From Chiloscyllium plagiosum (Eukaryota): a stretch of DNA of 64,000 nucleotides. Of the stretch, positions 60,761-64,000 are shown one piece after another. Every line of letters begins with the position of its first letter. Position 1 is the first letter of the stretch. The notes below the pieces were generated by a model. The model was not told where the DNA came from and did no database searches. It saw only the letters and a program-made list of their open reading frames with translations. Location of the stretch: contig NC_057752.1 of the NCBI RefSeq assembly GCF_004010195.1, positions 4,541,738 through 4,605,737 of the forward strand, in the 5' to 3' direction. The position numbers and the translations under genes are program-made.

Positions 60761-62030
60761 ATAAACAGGAGGCTCAGAAGGGCTCCTCACTCGAGGAACT
60801 GGCTTGGAGCTGGCTGGTGACAGTTCATATACAGTGCACATGTAAACAAACGGTGACTTAATGATGGGATACCAGCGTCTGTGCAATTATTTCATGGCGA
60901 CAAGAGAAAACAGCACATGCTGGAAGAGAATTTGCTCACAACAGTCGTCTTTGAGTTGGGGTAAGCATTTATGGCATCATGTCGTTATTTGGGAAGCTTG
61001 ACTCATTTGATCTTGCCGTTGAAGACTGGGCACAGTATGTGGAAAGAATGTGTTATTTTTTCCGGGCAAATGACTTTGGGGCAGATGAAAAGAAATGAGT
61101 AATTCTTCTGACAGCTTGTGGACCCGCAGCTTCTTCTGTTAATAGGAGCTTAACTTTCCCTGAGGCACCAGATACTAAAACGTTTCAACAATTGATGGAT
61201 TTGGTTCAGCAATCTTACAACCCCAAACCTTCTCTAATTCTGAGACACCATCGGTAGTTCGAGAACCAGGGGAAACCTGTCTCTGGATTGCAGAGCCTCA
61301 TGCTGGGCATATCCTGAGCAGAGGGCCACTAGGCCAGCCCACAGCAAAGCTGAGCCTTGGCCAAGTGGCTAAAAAGTTCTTCAGGATCTGGGCCGGCAAG
61401 CCATTGTAGTTATTGCTGGTATCCAGGCTTGAGACAGCAAAGGAATCCTACGGAGCCTGAATTGAGTAAGAGAACTCAGAGGCCGGTATCCAGGAGAGTG
61501 CACACCTTGGAAAGCCCACCTACATCTGGCTTGGAACAGCTACATTGGTTCTGATTTGGATGTTGCTAAACAATCAAAATAAATGTCTGGTTAAATGGTC
61601 ACCCAGTTCTAATGGAGGTTGATACCGGCACGGCTGTATCAGGGATTGTGGAACCAGTCTTTAACAAACGTTGCTCTGAACCCCAACCACTAAGTTTGTG
61701 CATGACCTCAGCCAGACTGAGAACCTATACCGGGGAACCTTTACACATTAACGGTACAGTTTCTGTTCCAGTCTCTTATGAGAAGCAGTTGGTTCAGTTC
61801 CCACTGAGTGTAGTAAAAGGCTCAGGCCCAAGCTTGGTGGGTGAAACTGATTCACCGTGATTGGCTCAACATTTTCCAAATAGAAAATGGCTGCCTGAGT
61901 GAACAACTAATTAAATATCCGAAGGCTTTTCAGGAAGGTCTAGGGACTATCAGAGGCGCCAAGGCCACTTTACATGTTGACCAGGAATTCCGCAATTTTG
62001 CAAAGCCACCCAGTGCCATTTGCCTGGCAG

Positions 62031-62295
62031 GAACATTTTTAAGGTGAGATTCCATGGGGGCAATTTTTTTAAACAAAGCATTGTTCATGTTTGAAATGAA
62101 CGTCCAGAAGAAATGGTGAATGTGGGTACAGTTACAATGTTTCAAAGACATTGTGATAAGTACATGAATAAGAAATTATTGGAGGGATATGGGCTGAACA
62201 CAGGCTGGTGGGACTCGTTTAGTTTGGGATTATGGTTGGCATGGACTGGTTGGATTGAAGGGTCTGTTCCCAAGCTGTATGACTCTATGACTCTA
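62031..62295 (+). mobile_element. CR1 3' end inserted in the Gypsy pol region
   Basis: Interrupts the RT-adjacent sequence; ends in (tgactcta)n. Confidence 0.85.
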
Positions 62296-64000
62296 CAGGC
62301 AGAGATCAGGAGGCTGAAAAGCATCAAAGCAATGCAGTTTGTGGGATGGGCAGCGCCAGCCATACCGATTGTGAAGCCAGACAGGTCAGTTTGTCTTTGT
62401 GAGGATTTTAAAATGGTAAAGCATTTCTTGCAGCTGGATAAATACCCACTTCCTCGCACAGAGGATTTATACATAACACTGGCAGTGTGAAGCTGAACAT
62501 GAGCCACGCCTACCTGCAATTACAGTTAGATGAGGATTCCCAGAACTATGTTACAATTAATACCCAGAAGAATCCATTCTGGTTTTAAACTTTCTGGACA
62601 CCCTTCTTGTCACCGCTGACAATATCAGACTGTGGACACAAAAAGATCCAGTCCTGGCAAAACTAAAACAGCTGGTGCTGATGGGGGAAACAGAAGGGCC
62701 AAAACAACCAGAACTGAAGCTTTTCTGGACCCAGAGAGACCAGATCACAACATTACAATGGAGGAGCCAGAGCGATTGTCCGAAGTAAATTTCACCACCA
62801 GATACTGGCTGAGCCTCACCAGGGGTGTCCAGAATAAAGATGTTGGCAAAATGTTATGTCTGGTCGCCAGGATTGGATGCAGACATAGCCGCATTGGTGG
62901 GGCAAGGCCCAGAGTGCCAACGATAACAGCAGCTCACCCACATTTGTGGGGATGGCCAGATAAATCCTGTGCTCAGTTACACATCGACTATGCTGGTCAT
63001 TTCATGGGTTCAATGTTCTTGGCCATTGTGGATGACCATTCAAAGTGATCGGACGTGCATGGAGTTCATCCGTCAACCTCGAGGAGACGAATGAAAAGCT
63101 GCTAGCATCGTTCACAATACACGGACTCCTGGCAGGATTGGTCACAGACAATGAGATGTCATTGACCAGCAGGGAATCTGCGTATTTGCTAAAGTCAAGT
63201 GGCATTTAGCACATAAGGATAGCTCCATACCACCTGTCATCCAACAGTCTGGCGGAAAGAGCAGTCCTAACGTTGAAGGCAGGTTTAAAGAAACAGCCTA
63301 CAGCTTCACTCGATACCAAAGTGTCCTGGTTCCTGTTCGATGATAGGATCATCCCTCATGCAACCGCAAGGAGAGCTCCAGCAGAGTTGCTAATGGGGAG
63401 GAGACTCCCCACCAGGTTAAACCCGATATTCCTAGACCTGGGGGGGAGGGTGAAACGGCAGCAGGAACACCAATGTCAGTCACATGCTTCCTCGAAGTGA
63501 CAGAGACAGTTTACCTCAGGGGACGAAGTCTGGTGTCGAAACCACAGGAATGGCCCGGTATGAGTGCGAGGTCAGGTCCTGTGCTGTACAAAGTTCGGGT
63601 AGGGTAGGCGGTCCTGAACAAACATGTTCAACCACGCAAACGGGGCAAAAGCAAAACATACCCAGCCCCTCAGAATAGCCAGAAGGCCTGTCAGAAACCA
63701 TGGGTTCTACTCCTCTGTCCAGCGTCAAAGAAACCTCAAAGTCCGAGATGCATGCAGCCTTGATATCGTTACCACTGGAAGAAGAGGACGAAACTCGATC
63801 GAGATCTTCCAGATGCAAGAGATGGACTACGGTCCAGTACATGCTGCCTGTATCAGAGTCAGTCAGAGGAACCAGATCGGGGATGAAAATGACCCAAGGG
63901 AAGCTACAAGAAAGAGAACAGGCCAACATCCCTGGACTGAGTTGGGCAGGGATGTAGTGATTGGAATGAGATTGGCCAGGTGGATCACATTGACTATGAG

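Larger units (their letters stand above)
59401..64000 (+). mobile_element. Decayed Gypsy/Ty3 LTR retrotransposon
   Basis: 5' LTR TGTAGTGATT...TTCA (59401-60894, interrupted); PBS-like TGGCGAC at 60895; gag MSLFGKLDSFD..EDWAQYVERM from 60979; protease MEVDTGTAVS; RT WAAPAIPIVKPD..DKYPLPRTEDL; integrase LHIDYAG..IVDDHSK and SNSLAERAV; purine-rich tract then 3' LTR TGTAGTGATT from 63953. Order PR-RT-IN is Gypsy-type; many stops and deletions. Confidence 0.93.

Overview
Repeat-rich vertebrate genomic DNA with several N gaps. The repeats (HE1-type V-SINEs, HER1-type CR1 LINEs, Penelope-derived elements) point to a cartilaginous fish, probably a shark (inference). One intact protein-coding gene is present: a TMEM198-family gene on the + strand with four coding exons (33458-33614, 41177-41752, 42571-42719, 44846-44989; 341 aa, all GT-AG junctions phase-compatible). 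Downstream on the - strand are four degenerate copies of an MMP19-like terminal exon (hemopexin repeats 3-4). This tail-to-tail arrangement matches the mammalian TMEM198B-MMP19 pair and suggests the gene is TMEM198B. A decayed Gypsy LTR retrotransposon fills 59.4-64 kb. The most striking feature is in its 5' LTR: five A-tailed inserts from at least two families are stacked at one site, each delimited by ATAAACAG(A/G)AGG overlapping the LTR TATA box, which suggests a retroposon that specifically targets this LTR promoter. Many short Penelope-derived elements carry minimal hammerhead-ribozyme-like cores, and some have target-site duplications (TSDs). The rest is CR1/L1/L2 LINE fragments, SINEs and minisatellites. 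All assignments come from reading the sequence by eye; no searches were run, and most repeat boundaries are approximate.
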